A stretch of 64,000 nt of DNA from Eledone cirrhosa (taxonomy: Eukaryota). The number at the start of each line of letters is the position of its first letter. Within the stretch, counting starts at the first letter, position 1. This document shows positions 1 through 11,559 of the stretch, piece by piece. The notes under the pieces are model-generated. The model was not told the origin of the DNA. It searched no databases and worked only from the letters and a program-made list of their open reading frames with translations. The stretch is from contig OZ024757.1 of NCBI GenBank assembly GCA_964016885.1, positions 23,002,001 to 23,066,000 on the forward strand, in the 5' to 3' direction. The position numbers and the translations under genes were made by a program.

Positions 1-183
1 TGCAGAAAACAACCTTACTAGGAAGAGCAAGCATTCTAAGGAGAGTGCTAGAAAGTTGAAGGAGAAAGAATGACCCAACGAACCTTTGGCCATTGGCTAT
101 GGGGTCCCTCATTCGGTATAGTGTCGGCATAACATCAGCCAAAGCAAAGGCGTTATGAATGATAATATCAATAATAATAATAA

Positions 184-470
184 TTGTTTCTACTTTTGGC
201 ACAAGGCCAGCAATTACCCAGTGCATTACTGGTACTTTATTTTATTGTCCCCGTAAGGATGAAAGGGGTCGATAAAATAAAGTACCAATATCAATAATAA
301 TTGTTTCTACTTTTGGCACAAGGCCAGCAATTATCCCAATGTCTTACTGGTACTTTATTTTATCGACCCGGTAAGGATGAAAGGCAAAGTTAACCTCGGC
401 GGGATTTGAACTCAGTCCGTAAAGGAAGAAGGTCGGATGCCATGCTTTGTTGCAGCATGGAGTTATGCCC
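184..470 (-). mobile_element. SINE family A fragments (tRNA-derived), tandem partial copies
   Basis: Reverse complement of the repeat seen intact at 5064-5437: TTGTTTCTACTTTTGGCACAAGGCCAGCAATT...GGATGAAAGGCAAAGTTAACCTCGGCGGGATTTGAACTC (B-box). Confidence 0.85.
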
Positions 471-499
471 CTTTACGGTCTAAGTAATAATAATAATGA

Positions 500-990
500 T
501 TTCTTTATAAACCACAAAGGGTTTACTAAAAATACATTAAGGACAACACAGGCCAGTAGAGGCCAGTACAAGTATGGGTTTCTTTGTGTAAAAAATATAT
601 GAAAGGGAACAAAAACAAAAGATGTAACAAAAAATAGAAACAAAGGAAAAAAATCCTCTGCTTTTCCATTTGAAATGAAATTTGAAAAAGTTAATCAGGC
701 CTTTGCCAAAGAGGTAAGTGCTCGTCTTCAGTCCTTTCAAACATGTCCACCACATGATCTCTTTCCCCAAGGCCACCAGGCAGATAAAAACTGCCTCCCC
801 TTCCTGCCTGAAGGAAGGTGACAGGCAATCTTCATGATGGACTCAGCTGATAGCTGTATCTGTCCTACATGTGACAGCAGGTGTTCTACATAAACCCACT
901 AGTCAGCAATGTTTGGACACTGGATGAGTGCATGCAGGATGGTTTTGTTGCCCTGCACGTAGCTCGGACAGGTCTGGCTGATGGCATGAT
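500..990 (-). mobile_element. L1/Tx1-like LINE 3' fragment, degraded
   Basis: Minus-strand translation gives ...KTILHALIQCP... and ...KEIMWWTCLKGLKTSTYLFGKGLINFFKFH, resembling the Cys/His C-terminus of L1/Tx1 ORF2 and homologous to 19230-19680. Confidence 0.55.
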
Positions 991-1029
991 AATAATATGG
1001 GTCATTTTATATACAAATAATAAATGAAT

Positions 1030-1200
1030 AATTGTTTCTACTTTTGGCACAAGGCCAGCAATTATCCCAGTGCATTACTGGTACTTTATTTTATTGACCC
1101 CGTAAGGATGAAAGGCAAAGTTAACCTCGGCGAGATTTGAACTTAGACCATAAAGGGGCTGCAAAGCATGGTGTCCGACTTTCTACTGATACTGCCAATA
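1030..1200 (-). mobile_element. SINE family A copy
   Basis: Same consensus as 5064-5255 in reverse orientation. Confidence 0.85.
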
Positions 1201-1249
1201 ATAGAGAAAAACTGCATTAAAAATAACCTGATTTAGTAGTAATTATTCT

Positions 1250-1525
1250 TATTGTGAAGGTTAAGATGGGTGATGTAGGATCATATTGTCGTCGGTTCGA
1301 TTCCTGGACAGGCTGCTGCATTGTATTCTTGAGCAAAACACTTTATTTCCCATTGTTCAATTAGACTCAGCTGAGATAAGTGAGTACCAGCAGGAGTTGG
1401 GGAGTTAAACCTGTGATAGACTGGCATCCTATCCAGGAAGTGTCTTGTACTCTCAGTCACTTAAAACCAAAGAAACTGGAGATAAGCACCAACTTGGTGA
1501 GACTTCAGCTTAGAACAGGCTTTAA
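1250..1525 (+). mobile_element. SINE family C copy (diverged)
   Basis: GGTTCGATTCC B-box, CTTGAGCAAAACACTT and CCTGTGATAGACTGGCATCCTATCCAGG; aligns with 9001-9282. Confidence 0.75.
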
Positions 1526-1644
1526 CTAATCTAATAATAATTGATTCTACATTTAACACAAGGCCGGCAATTTGAAGGGAAGGGGAAAGTTGATTAAATT
1601 GATTCCAGTGTGTTATTGGTGTTATTGGTACTTTAGTATTTCTT

Positions 1645-1760
1645 CTTCTTCTTCTTTGCCTACTTATTTCTAGGAAGTTCATGGGAGCAAAGTTCTCAAC
1701 CACTCCTTCCAGCATGTCTTGTCAGAGACAACTGTCTCCAATTGATCTGGTTGGATCATT
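1645..1760 (-). mobile_element. RTE LINE extreme 3' end
   Basis: Reverse complement matches 12070-12180 (GCTGGAAGGAGTG...GAAATAAGT.GGCAAAGAAGA) with an (AAG)n tail. Confidence 0.6.
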
Positions 1761-1817
1761 CCTCATCATCATCATCATTTAATGTCTATCTTCTACACTA
1801 GCACGTTTAGTATATAT

Positions 1818-2090
1818 CATCATCATCATCATCATCATTTTACGTCCGCTTTTTCCCTGCTTGCAAGGGTGGGACGGGAACTGATTCTGGCTTGATTTCT
1901 ACAGCTGGATGCCCTTCCTAACACCAACCTCATTTACAGTGAGTGCCGGGTGCTTTTTTGCCATGGGCACCTCCACGACCACTTTGCAGTGGAATGATAG
2001 GGACTGGAGTCCCTATCATCTCGTTTCTACAGCTGAGTAAACTGGAGCAATGTGAAATAAAGTGTCTTGCTCAAGGAAACAACACATCAC
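1818..2090 (-). mobile_element. SINE family B copy lacking its head
   Basis: (ATC)n tail followed by TTTTACGTCCGCTTTTTCCCTGCTTGCAAGGGTGGG...CTGGATGCCCTTCCTAACACCAACC; reverse complement of 3800-4057. Confidence 0.85.
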
Positions 2091-2091
2091 C

Positions 2092-2270
2092 CAAGCAAAA
2101 CTAGCTGAGCTCATGGATGTTATCCAATTATCTTGCTTGGCGTTTACCCCTGGGTCTACCGCCAGCTGGTTTTTGCCTGTGAAATCCAACCAGTGATTCT
2201 TTCCTGACATATTCTAACCACATGCCTGTAATATCAGAGCTGTGATCTCTTGGCCATCTTTCATAAAACA
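2092..2270 (-). mobile_element. RTE LINE C-terminal fragment
   Basis: Homologous in reverse to 11915-12070 (RSQL..YY.HVV...GRPRG motif). Confidence 0.6.
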
Positions 2271-2484
2271 AACATGGAGGCAGCACATGCCACTCTACTC
2301 TCACCTTTATCTTCAAGTGTAACTTGCAGAAGTTGAGGAGGGCTTGGCTGAAGAGGAAGGTTAGTGTCTTCAATCCTTATAGATAAGTGCGCCATACAAC
2401 CTCCTTCACTATAGCCCCCAGGCAGAGGAAGACTTGCTGTGCCTACCTTCTGAAAGATGACAATGGTTTTATATTCTCTATCTA

Positions 2485-3005
2485 CAGTGGTGGTGGTAGT
2501 TGCAGGGACAGTGGTGATGATGATGCTGGTAGCAGTAGATGTGGTTATGACGATGGTGATAATGGTGACGATGGTGATAATGGTGATCATGGTGGTGGAG
2601 GAGGTGGTGGTGCAAAGAGAGAGAGGGGTGTGCTATGGTGGTTGTGGTGGTGATACTTGTGGTAGCTGTGACAGTGGTGTTGATGGTGTTGCTGTTTTTG
2701 GTGGTGGTGGTGGTGGTGGTGGCTGTGGTAGCTGTGATAGCGGCGATGGGGGGGTGATGGTTGTGGTGGTGGTGGTGGTGGCTGTGGTAATGACGGAGAT
2801 GGTGATGGCAGGAATGACAGTGATGTTGCTGGTGGCAGTGTGGGAGTGATGGTAGTGATGACATGACGGTAGTGATGATGGTGTGATATATGTGGTGATG
2901 GAGGGAGTACACTGATGGTGGTGGTGGTGGTGGTGGTGGCTGTGGTAGCTGTGATAGCGGCGATGGGGGTGGTGGTTGTGGTGGTGGTGGTGGTGGTAGT
3001 AGTAA
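2485..3005. repeat. Degenerate (GGT/GAT)n trinucleotide tract
   Basis: Direct reading; it accounts for the poly-V/H/T/G ORFs. Confidence 0.9.
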
Positions 3006-3720
3006 CAGGTGTAGAGTGGGGGTAAGTTTATGGTGGAGGGGTACTAAATTTTATCATCTCATAAATTTGATACTAAAGAGAATCCTTTTCTGGATATTAA
3101 ACAATAAATTTTAATCATCCAGCTTCTGTTTCCCCTCCATTAAATGAAGCAGTATCAGTTGTGGATATTAATGTTTTCAAACAGTTATTTGAAATCATAA
3201 CTGTCATCAACAGAACTGTTTAATCAATAAGATCTCCAATTACAAATTAATACATTAACAATAGACAGTAAAATTGTGTTGATAGAACAGGGAAGATATT
3301 AGCTTCATATCTCACTGGTTACATACAGTGCAACAACTTCTGTCAAAAGTAGTTAAATGTATTTGAATTATCTTTCTTGTCAACACTTTATAATATTTTC
3401 TTTTCAACCTACCTACCTTAGATATCATTATCATTTGTGATGTTCTATAGCTCTTGATGGAGTTGTAGGTGAACTATATTGACATACAGCATCACTTAAG
3501 GCATATTTTAAAACTTGGCGGAACCCACCTCATCTCCAGGTCTGAATACAGCAGATTTCTTCCAGAGAAGGATAAAGAGTTAGACAGAGATATGGAAAAG
3601 GATTTGACCCCAGTACTAGACTGGTACTTTTTCTATCGAGCTTGAAAGGCAAAATTTACCTTAGCATGGTTTAAACTGAGAAAGCAGAGAGCTGGAAGGA
3701 ATAACGCGAAGCATTCTAAT

Positions 3721-4057
3721 GGAGGCACATGGCTTAGTGGTTAGAGCATTGGCCTTGCAATCGAAAGGTTGTGAGTTCAATTCTCAGACCGAGTGATGTG
3801 TTGTTTCCTTGAGCAAGACACTTTATTTCACATTGCTCCAGTTTACTCAGCTGTAGAAATGAGATGATAGGGACTGGGGGTCCCTATCATTCCACTGTAA
3901 AGTGGTCGTGGAGGTGCCACGGCAAAGAAGTACCCAGCACTCACTGTAAATGAGGTTGGTGTTAGGAAGGGCATCCAGCTGTAGTAAACAAGCCAGAATT
4001 AGTTCCCATCCCACCCTTGCAAGCAGGGAAAAGCGGACGTAAAACGATGATGATGAT
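3721..4057 (+). mobile_element. SINE family B, full length (tRNA head, CORE-like middle, RTE-type tail)
   Basis: A-box TGGCTTAGTGG, B-box-like GAGTTCAATTCTC, CCTTGAGCAAGACACTT domain, and tail GGAAAAGCGGACGTAAAA(GAT)n. Confidence 0.9.
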
Positions 4058-4119
4058 TCTATCCGATGTTCTAACAGCTCTTGCAAATTCACCATCTCAT
4101 GGCTTATATCGAAGTAATC

Positions 4120-4445
4120 TCATCTCATCTTCATATCTGAGGGTCGGGGGTCATGGACTTAAGGACCAGCACTCTCCATATTTCCCTGTCTCTTGCCATT
4201 GCTGTACATTCCACCAAACTCCTTCCTGTCCATTCCTTAATATCATCTATCCATCTCCTTTTCTGCTGTCTCTTGGCCCTTTTCCTCTGTACTCTTCCCT
4301 CAATGATGTGGGTAGTCAAATTTTGGGCCCTGGTGACATGACCAAAATACTGAAATTTCCTCTTCCTTACTGCTTCAATCAACTATCGATTGGCACCAAT
4401 CTCTACTAGGACAGATTCATTTGTTCTGTGAGCTGTCCAACTAAA
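4120..4445 (-). mobile_element. RTE LINE 3' fragment
   Basis: ORF 4131-4382 reads RKRKFQYFGHVTR...IIEGRVQRKR...RRWIDDIKEWTG, the typical RTE C-terminus. A second copy lies at 21545-21780. Confidence 0.85.
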
Positions 4446-5063
4446 ACTTTAGTGCACTCAGTCATATACGTAGCAGCAAATTCTGTCCAAAGTATTTGAA
4501 TTATCTTTCTTGTCAAGACATTGTAATACTTTCTTTTCAATCTACCTATCTTAGAAATCATGGCAGTGAATTAGCAGAGTCATTAGAACATTGGATAGAA
4601 TGACTTGCAGTCTTCATTCTATCCAATCTTCTCTGCTCTCTGAGTGCAAATTCCGTCGTGGTCAACTTTGCCTTTCAACCATTTGAGGTCAATGAGAAAG
4701 GTACCAGTTAAGAAGTACTGGGGTCAATTCTTCCTCTATATCTCTTTCTCACTTCAATTCCTTCATTCTCTCTATCCTTCTCTGGAAGAAATCTGCTGTA
4801 TTCAAACCTGGAGAGAAGATGGACCCCTCCAGGTTCAAAAATGCCCTAGAAACACTGCATGTCAACATGACACCCCTATGATCTCCTCAAAAATTACTGG
4901 AATTGAGATAGAGAGACCTTAGATAACATTTTCATTTAACAACCAGTAAAATATTCCCTGTGTAGAGTTTATCAGTTGCTTGTCCAACAGCCACATCAAA
5001 ACTCACACACTGTCATTTCAAACATGGAGATGACACAACCTATCATTATTATCACCGCTAAGG

Positions 5064-5437
5064 GGTGGTGGATTGGCAGTATCGGTAGAGGGTCGGACGC
5101 TATGCTTTCTAGCATAGAGTTACGGCCCTTGCCATTCTGAGTTCAAATCCCGCCGAGGTTAACTTTGCCTTTCATCCTTACGGGGGTCGATAAAATAAAG
5201 TACCAGTAATGCACTGGGTAATTGCTGGCCTTGTGCCAAAAGTAGAAACAATTATAGGTGGATTGGCAGTATCGGTAGAGAGTCGGACACCATGCTTTCT
5301 AGCATAGTTACGTCCCTTTACAGTCTGAGTTCAAATCCCGCCCAGGTTAACTTTCCCTTTCATCCTTACGGGGTCGATAAAATAAAGTACCAGTAATGTA
5401 CTGGGTAATTGCTGACCTTGTGTCTAAAGTAGAAACA
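5064..5437 (+). mobile_element. SINE family A head-to-tail dimer flanked by a 19-bp direct repeat
   Basis: Two units, each GGTGGATTGGCAGTATCGGTAGAG...GAGTTCAAATCCC...GTAGAAACAATT. ATTATTATCACCGCTAAGG occurs at 5045-5063 and 5438-5456. Confidence 0.88.
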
Positions 5438-5487
5438 ATTATTATCACCGCTAAGGTTAACTTTGCCTTTCATCCTTACAGGGTCAA

Positions 5488-5778
5488 TGTTGAAAATTGC
5501 AAACTTGACTGTCACCACAGATTATGAACCTGAAGATTGCGAAAGCATGAAAGTACTTGTTCAATTAACACTTAACATTTAATATTCTACCATACTATTT
5601 CATTCTAATACCATTCATCATCATCATCACCATTTCATTTTACGTCCGCTTTTTCCCTGCTTGCAAATAAATTTTAAAAGATTGTAAATAAAACGAGTAA
5701 ATCAGACAAAGTTGGAATTCCTTTTATTAATATAATGTTCTATACACAATTCATACACACCCGTGTATATTTATCTAT
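5488..5778 (+). mobile_element. Solo 3' terminal repeat of the Penelope-like element, interrupted by a SINE B tail
   Basis: Reverse complement of 44465-44702, the 3' end of the GIY-YIG element. It ends in (TA)n; the SINE tail lies at about 5615-5666. Confidence 0.85.
5525..5563 (+). ncRNA. Minimal type I hammerhead ribozyme (family 1)
   Basis: TGAAC-CTGAAGA-TTGC GAAA GCAT-GAAA-GTAC-TT-GTTCA: 5-bp stem I, intact core, GNRA-capped stem II, palindromic stem III (AAGTACTT). Confidence 0.8.
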
Positions 5779-5797
5779 ATATATATATATATATATA

Positions 5798-5984
5798 TAA
5801 CAAAGGAAATGTGGTAAGGAACCAGGTGGACCATAACGCACCAAAGTACTCAATACTTAGGGTAGTAGAGTGGGTAATAGGAACCAGTAAGACCCCGACA
5901 GCTGAGCTCAAGCCGTTTCGATGGCTAATTCTCATGAATTAGCCGTCGAAACGGCTTGAGCTCAGCCGTCGGGGTCTTACTGGT

Positions 5985-5986
<2 letters not shown>
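5798..5986. mobile_element. Fold-back insert in (TA)n, probable Penelope-like terminal repeat
   Basis: 5881-5986 is a near-perfect palindrome with loop TCAT and is flanked by (TA)n. A related copy lies at 59797-59882. Confidence 0.65.
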
Positions 5987-6026
<40 letters not shown>

Positions 6027-6097
6027 GAAGGAGACAACAAACAGAGGTAGAAAAAGTCTTATTAGTTTCACGCTTTATATTGGAAAGAGGAAAGAAA

Positions 6098-6131
6098 GTC
6101 TGATGTGTCGGCTTAAGCCCTTCTTCAAGAG
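6098..6131 (-). ncRNA. Degenerate hammerhead-like motif
   Basis: Minus strand reads TCT-TGAAGA-AGGGC TTAA GCC-GACACATC-AGA; the core is mutated relative to CUGAAGA and GAAACGUC. Confidence 0.35.
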
Positions 6132-6689
6132 CACAAATAGAGATAGTATCACAATGAAGCATAAAGATCCAGTAAGGACACAAACAAATCGAAAATGAAG
6201 ATGGAAAACAAGAAAACCGTTACGTAGTCTTGGTAACGAGTTGGAATGCAAAGTGGAGTGTGTGTGTATTAGTATCGTTATATGTGTGAGTGTAAGTTTA
6301 AATGTGTGTGATTTAAATGTAAAATGTGCAAAGATAATGAGTGTGTGTGCGTATATCCGTGTGTTAGAGATAGTGGACATGTATGTGTGAGTGAATGTAA
6401 GTTTGAATGTGTGTACTGTTTATTTGCATTGAAGTAATTTTCTCTGTGTGTGTATAAAGTATCGGTCGTGTAGCTTAAGTCTGTGAGAAGAGTGGATTAG
6501 TGTGTGTATCATCATCATCATCATCATCATCATTTTTACGCCCGCTTTTCCCTGCTTGCAAGGGTGGGACAAGAACTGATTCGGGCTTGATTTCTACAGC
6601 CGGATGCCCTTCCTAACACCAACCTCATTTACAGTGAGTGCCGGGTGCTTCTTTGCCGTGGCACCTACACGACCACTTTGCAGTGGAAT

Positions 6690-8240
6690 GCACACACACA
6701 CACACACATACATATGTATACATACACATACATCCAAACACATACACACATACATATACACATACATACATTCACATACATATATGCATTCATACATTCA
6801 TACTTTCATACACACACACACAGACTTTCATGCACACACATACTCATGCGTACACAAACATAGATTCACATACATAGATATATATACATACATGCATACA
6901 CTCAGCACACCAACATACATAGACACATACATATATATATATATACATACAGACACACATACAGGGAGACTAATACACAGATACATATATATATATATAC
7001 ATACAGACAGACCAATATACATACATACATATATACATACATAAATACATTCATACATATCTACACACAGACACACAGACACACACACAGAGACAGACTA
7101 ACACACAGATACATATATATATATAGATATATATATATATATATATACATACATACAGACAGACAGACAGACACACACAGACAGACCAACATACAGATAC
7201 ATATATATATATACACACAGACAGACCAACACACAGATACACACATACAGACAGACCAACATACATAAACACACACACATACATAGACACACAGGCACAC
7301 ACACACACACAGACAGAATAACATACATAAACACACATACATATATACATACAGACACACAGACACACACACACACAGACAAACCAACATACATAAACAC
7401 TTACATATACATACATATACACAGACACACACAGACAGACCAACATACATAAACACTTACATATACATACATATACACAGACACACACACACATAGACAG
7501 ACCAACATACATAAACACTTACATATACATACATATACACAGGCACACACACACACGCGCAGACCAACATACATAAACACTTGCATATACATACATATAC
7601 ACACACACACACAGACAGACCAACATACATAAACACATACATATACATACATATACACAGACACACACTCACATGCACAGACCAACATACATAAACACTT
7701 GCATATACATACATATACACACACACACACAGACAGACCAACATACATAAACACTTACATATACATACATATACACAGACACACACTCACACGCGCAGAC
7801 CAACATACATAAACACTTGCATATACATACATATACACAGGCACACACACACACAGACAGAATAACATACATAAACACACATACATATATACATAGACAC
7901 ACAGGCACACACACACAGACAGACCAACATACATAAACACTTACATATACATACATATACACAGACACACACTCACACGCGCAGACCAACATACATAAAC
8001 ACTTGCATATACATACATATACACAGACACACACACACACAGACAGACCAACATACATAAACACTTACAGATACATACATATACACAGACACACACTCAC
8101 ACGCACAGACCAACATACATAAACACTTGCATATACATACATATACACAGGCACACACACACACACAGAGAAACCAGCACACATACACAGACTAACACAC
8201 ACATACAGACAGATCAACACACACACACACACAGATACAT
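6690..8240. repeat. Compound (CA)/(CATA)/(CAGA) satellite with a ~60-bp higher-order unit
   Basis: Recurrent CAGACCAACATACATAAACACTT(A/G)CATATACATACATATACAC. Confidence 0.9.
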
Positions 8241-9000
8241 AGCTAGTCTAAACTGGTTAGCTGCACACAGAATTTAGTTAGCTTGTCAAGATGTCTATTT
8301 AACCATTGTATTTCTTAACAAAGCCTTTCTTTTCAATTGGTAATGTTAGCTAGCTATAGAATTTTAGAATTTCTCCTATAATGGTAAGCAGCAGATTTAT
8401 TTGACTCATTATGTTATTTCCTAAAACATCACATGGAGCTGGAACTAGAACTCCTTCATATAAAGTTTATAGAGAAACTTGCCTAAGATAACAACTGCGA
8501 TTGCTCAAAGACAGTTATGATTTGCAGGGCATTGCTGGAAAAATAAACAGGAAATTATACATAAGATATGGAAGATGCAATATAGGAAGACCTGCTGGGA
8601 CCTTCATTGATCAACTTTCACATGATACAAACCTCAATAGAGAAACCTCAGTAGAGAGCAGTTGCCAGGAGCAATAGGAAATCATGAATTGTAAGGAAAG
8701 TTCTTTGCAAAGAATATTAAATAGTTAGTCAGGTGGGGAAGGATGAAATTCATACATGCATAGATGGGCCCTTAACTCCTGAGGGAGTTGTAGGGCCACC
8801 ATAGTGGCCTACAGCATTTCTTTGGGCATTCTTTAAAACCTAGTGGAGCCCATCTCTTCTCCAGGTCTGAATACAGCAGATTAATTCCAGAGAAGGAGAG
8901 AAAGTGAGAGAAGGGAAGTGAGAAAGAGATATAGAGGAAGAATTGACCCCAGTGTTAGACTGGTACTGTGTTTTTATTGACCTCTAATGGGTGAAAAGTT

Positions 9001-9282
9001 GGACGCACTTGGCCTAGTGGTAAGGGTGTTGGACTTATGATCATAACGCCATGGGTTCGATTCCTGGGTGGCGTGTTGTGGTCTTGAGCAAAACACTTCA
9101 TATCACGTTGCTCCAGTATACTCAGCTGAAAATGAGTACCAGCAATAGCTGGGAGTTTAACCCTGCGATGGACTGGCGTCCTGTCCAAGGGGGAGTCTTG
9201 TACTCTAGTCGTTTCACGCCATGAAACCGGGATAAGCACCGGCCAAATGAGCCTTCTGGCTTAAGACAGACTTTAGACTTAG
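9001..9282 (+). mobile_element. SINE family C, full length with TSD, nested in an older SINE A-like copy
   Basis: A-box TGGCCTAGTGG, B-box GGTTCGATTCC, CCCTGCGATGGACTGGCGTCCTGTCCA domain, (AGACTT) tail. TSD AATGGGTGAAA at 8986-8996 and 9283-9293. Confidence 0.88.
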
Positions 9283-9763
9283 AATGGGTGAAAGACAAAG
9301 TTGACCTTGGCAGGGTTTGAACTCAGAGAGCAGAGAGCTGAAATGAATACAGTAAAGTATTCTATCTGGTGTTCTAACGAATCTGACAATTTACTGCATA
9401 TGACAAATAAGAGTACAGTCATGGCTGTGTGGTTAAGAAGTTTGCTTCACAAATATGCAGTTCATGTTCAATCATACAGTATTGAAGGTTGAGATGTATG
9501 GTATGACTTGTAACATAATTTTTCAACACTAAAGGTAGGTAGAGTTATGCCCCTTGTCATCGATTATAATTTTTCTACACACAAGACAATGAAAAAAGTC
9601 AGTTGTATCCCTTATTTTAGCAAGGACAGAAGTGACCCAAACCTATGAGGTAAAAAATCAGCATGCAGGAGTTTTAATGAGAAAAAACAATTTAAACTAA
9701 TAACAAATGTTTTGATAATCCAATACAGAGAAAGCAAGCTTTGCTAACATTAATATTTGTACA

Positions 9764-9878
9764 TGAGTTCAAATCCCGCCGAGGTTGACTTTGCCTTTCA
9801 TCCTTACGGGGTCGATAAAATAAAGTACCAGTAATGCACTGGGTAATTGCTGGCCTTGTGCCTAAAGTAGAAACAATT
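9764..9878 (+). mobile_element. SINE family A, 5'-truncated
   Basis: Begins at GAGTTCAAATCCC; TTTGTACATG is repeated on both flanks. Confidence 0.85.
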
Positions 9879-11026
9879 AATTTTTGTACATGTTACAAAG
9901 ATCCTTTATATATATACCAGGGCACTTTTCAAACCCTTTTTTTTTTAAAAATCATTTTCCTTATATAACGTGATCACACTTTTTCTCACTATATATGTGT
10001 GTGTGTGTGTGTGTGCGGATCTGGGTGTGTGAATGTGTGTGGGGGGGGGTATTGTGTGTGTTATAGGAGACAACTAGAAATATTGACAAGAAGATGAACC
10101 ATCAATTCATATTGTGGTAACCTTTAAACAAAACATATTCTACACTTTACAGATATATTTGTGTATTCAGGTATGATTATGTGTGAGGGCTTGTGCAAGA
10201 ATGTGCATCTGCACATATGTGCATGAGTACATATGCGCATATATATATATATATATATGTGCAACATGTATTTATGTGTGTATGCATGTTCCTATATGTG
10301 CACATGAATTTGCACATTGTGAATGTAGATGCACCTGTGAAACACTTTATTGAATTCTCCAATTTAGTCAGAGAGTGTTTGAAATATTGGTGTTAGAATA
10401 TTTACCTGGCTGTAATTAGTATTTCCTACAGGTTCATACCTCAGAATTCTCTCAGTCTTCATATCCACCTTCTATTTCCTAACTAACCTTTTCAATAATA
10501 ATTGACTCCATTGCTAAACTTTCCACAGCTAGTAAGGTGGTAGTTCTCAGCTTGACAGACAAAGTCGTGTAGAGTTGATCAAATTTTAGCACCTTGATGA
10601 TTGAGAAATACAAACCTCGATATCATTGGAAAGATTCTCAGCTTTTCAACGAAATGAAATAAATAATATCGGCAGCTTGTTTTGAAGTTAATTTATTTTG
10701 TTATTGGAAATTAAGCCAGACACAATAATTAACCACTTGAATTACAGAAGTTAGACGAGCAGAAAATATACTAACACTAAAGATATCACTAGAACTATAG
10801 CTGCATCTATAATATAATGAAGAAAGGAGTGTGGAACAGTGTTCGTTCTATATTTTTTCATCCCATTATTAAAATAAGTTGGATTACTTTGAATAAATAA
10901 TCAATGAATATTACATAATTTATGTACTAAATTTCGTAACACTTGATTAGACATAAATAATTTTATTGCTTTTTCAAGATTCACTCCTTTTAAAAGCTTC
11001 AAATTTCTCCACCACCACTTCAGCTA

Positions 11027-11078
<52 letters not shown>

Positions 11079-11396
11079 TTATTAAAATAACAGATTAAAG
11101 TTTAAGCAAAGAATCGCTGCTTTCACCCTTAATCTGTTATTTTAATAAATATTTGCTCTACGGTTCTTATATATCTGATATATATTTATCCTTATCGAGC
11201 CCTCTTTGGATTTTAGTCTTCAAATTTATTATTACTATATATACAATTATATTGTTATACTTTGGGAGGGTCATGTTGCCAATAAGAAACACACGCACCA
11301 GTTGCTTTCATTTCAATTTATTATAATAAATTTATAATAAATTTATAAATTTCTGGTTGGTTGGTTGGCTCCACAACCAGATAGTTGTTTATATAT

Positions 11397-11441
11397 AGTC
11401 ATAGTTCTTTCGTCACACACTCTGTGACCTCTTCAGTGACT
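11397..11441 (-). ncRNA. Minimal type I hammerhead ribozyme (family 2)
   Basis: Minus strand reads AGTCA-CTGAAGA-G-GTCACA GAGTG TGTGAC-GAAA-GAAC-TA-TGACT: 5-bp stem I, 6-bp stem II, intact core. Confidence 0.75.
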
Positions 11442-11559
11442 GGGGATTCCTTTCTTTGTTTCTGTGCCTCTATTTTACACACACATACATTCACACAAAC
11501 ACACATACACATTTTGAGAAGGACGGACGGATGTACAGAAGTCGCTTAAATTTAGATAC

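Noticed and set aside
3116-3215. Possible terminal exon on the minus strand (AAACAG acceptor; SVDDSYDFK* or ...ISNNCLKTL...)
   Set aside because: Weak polypyrimidine tract, two equally plausible frames, and no recognisable homology.
3721-3795. tRNA gene-like sequences
   Set aside because: They are heads of SINEs: they continue into SINE bodies, lack a proper acceptor stem, and are repeated many times.
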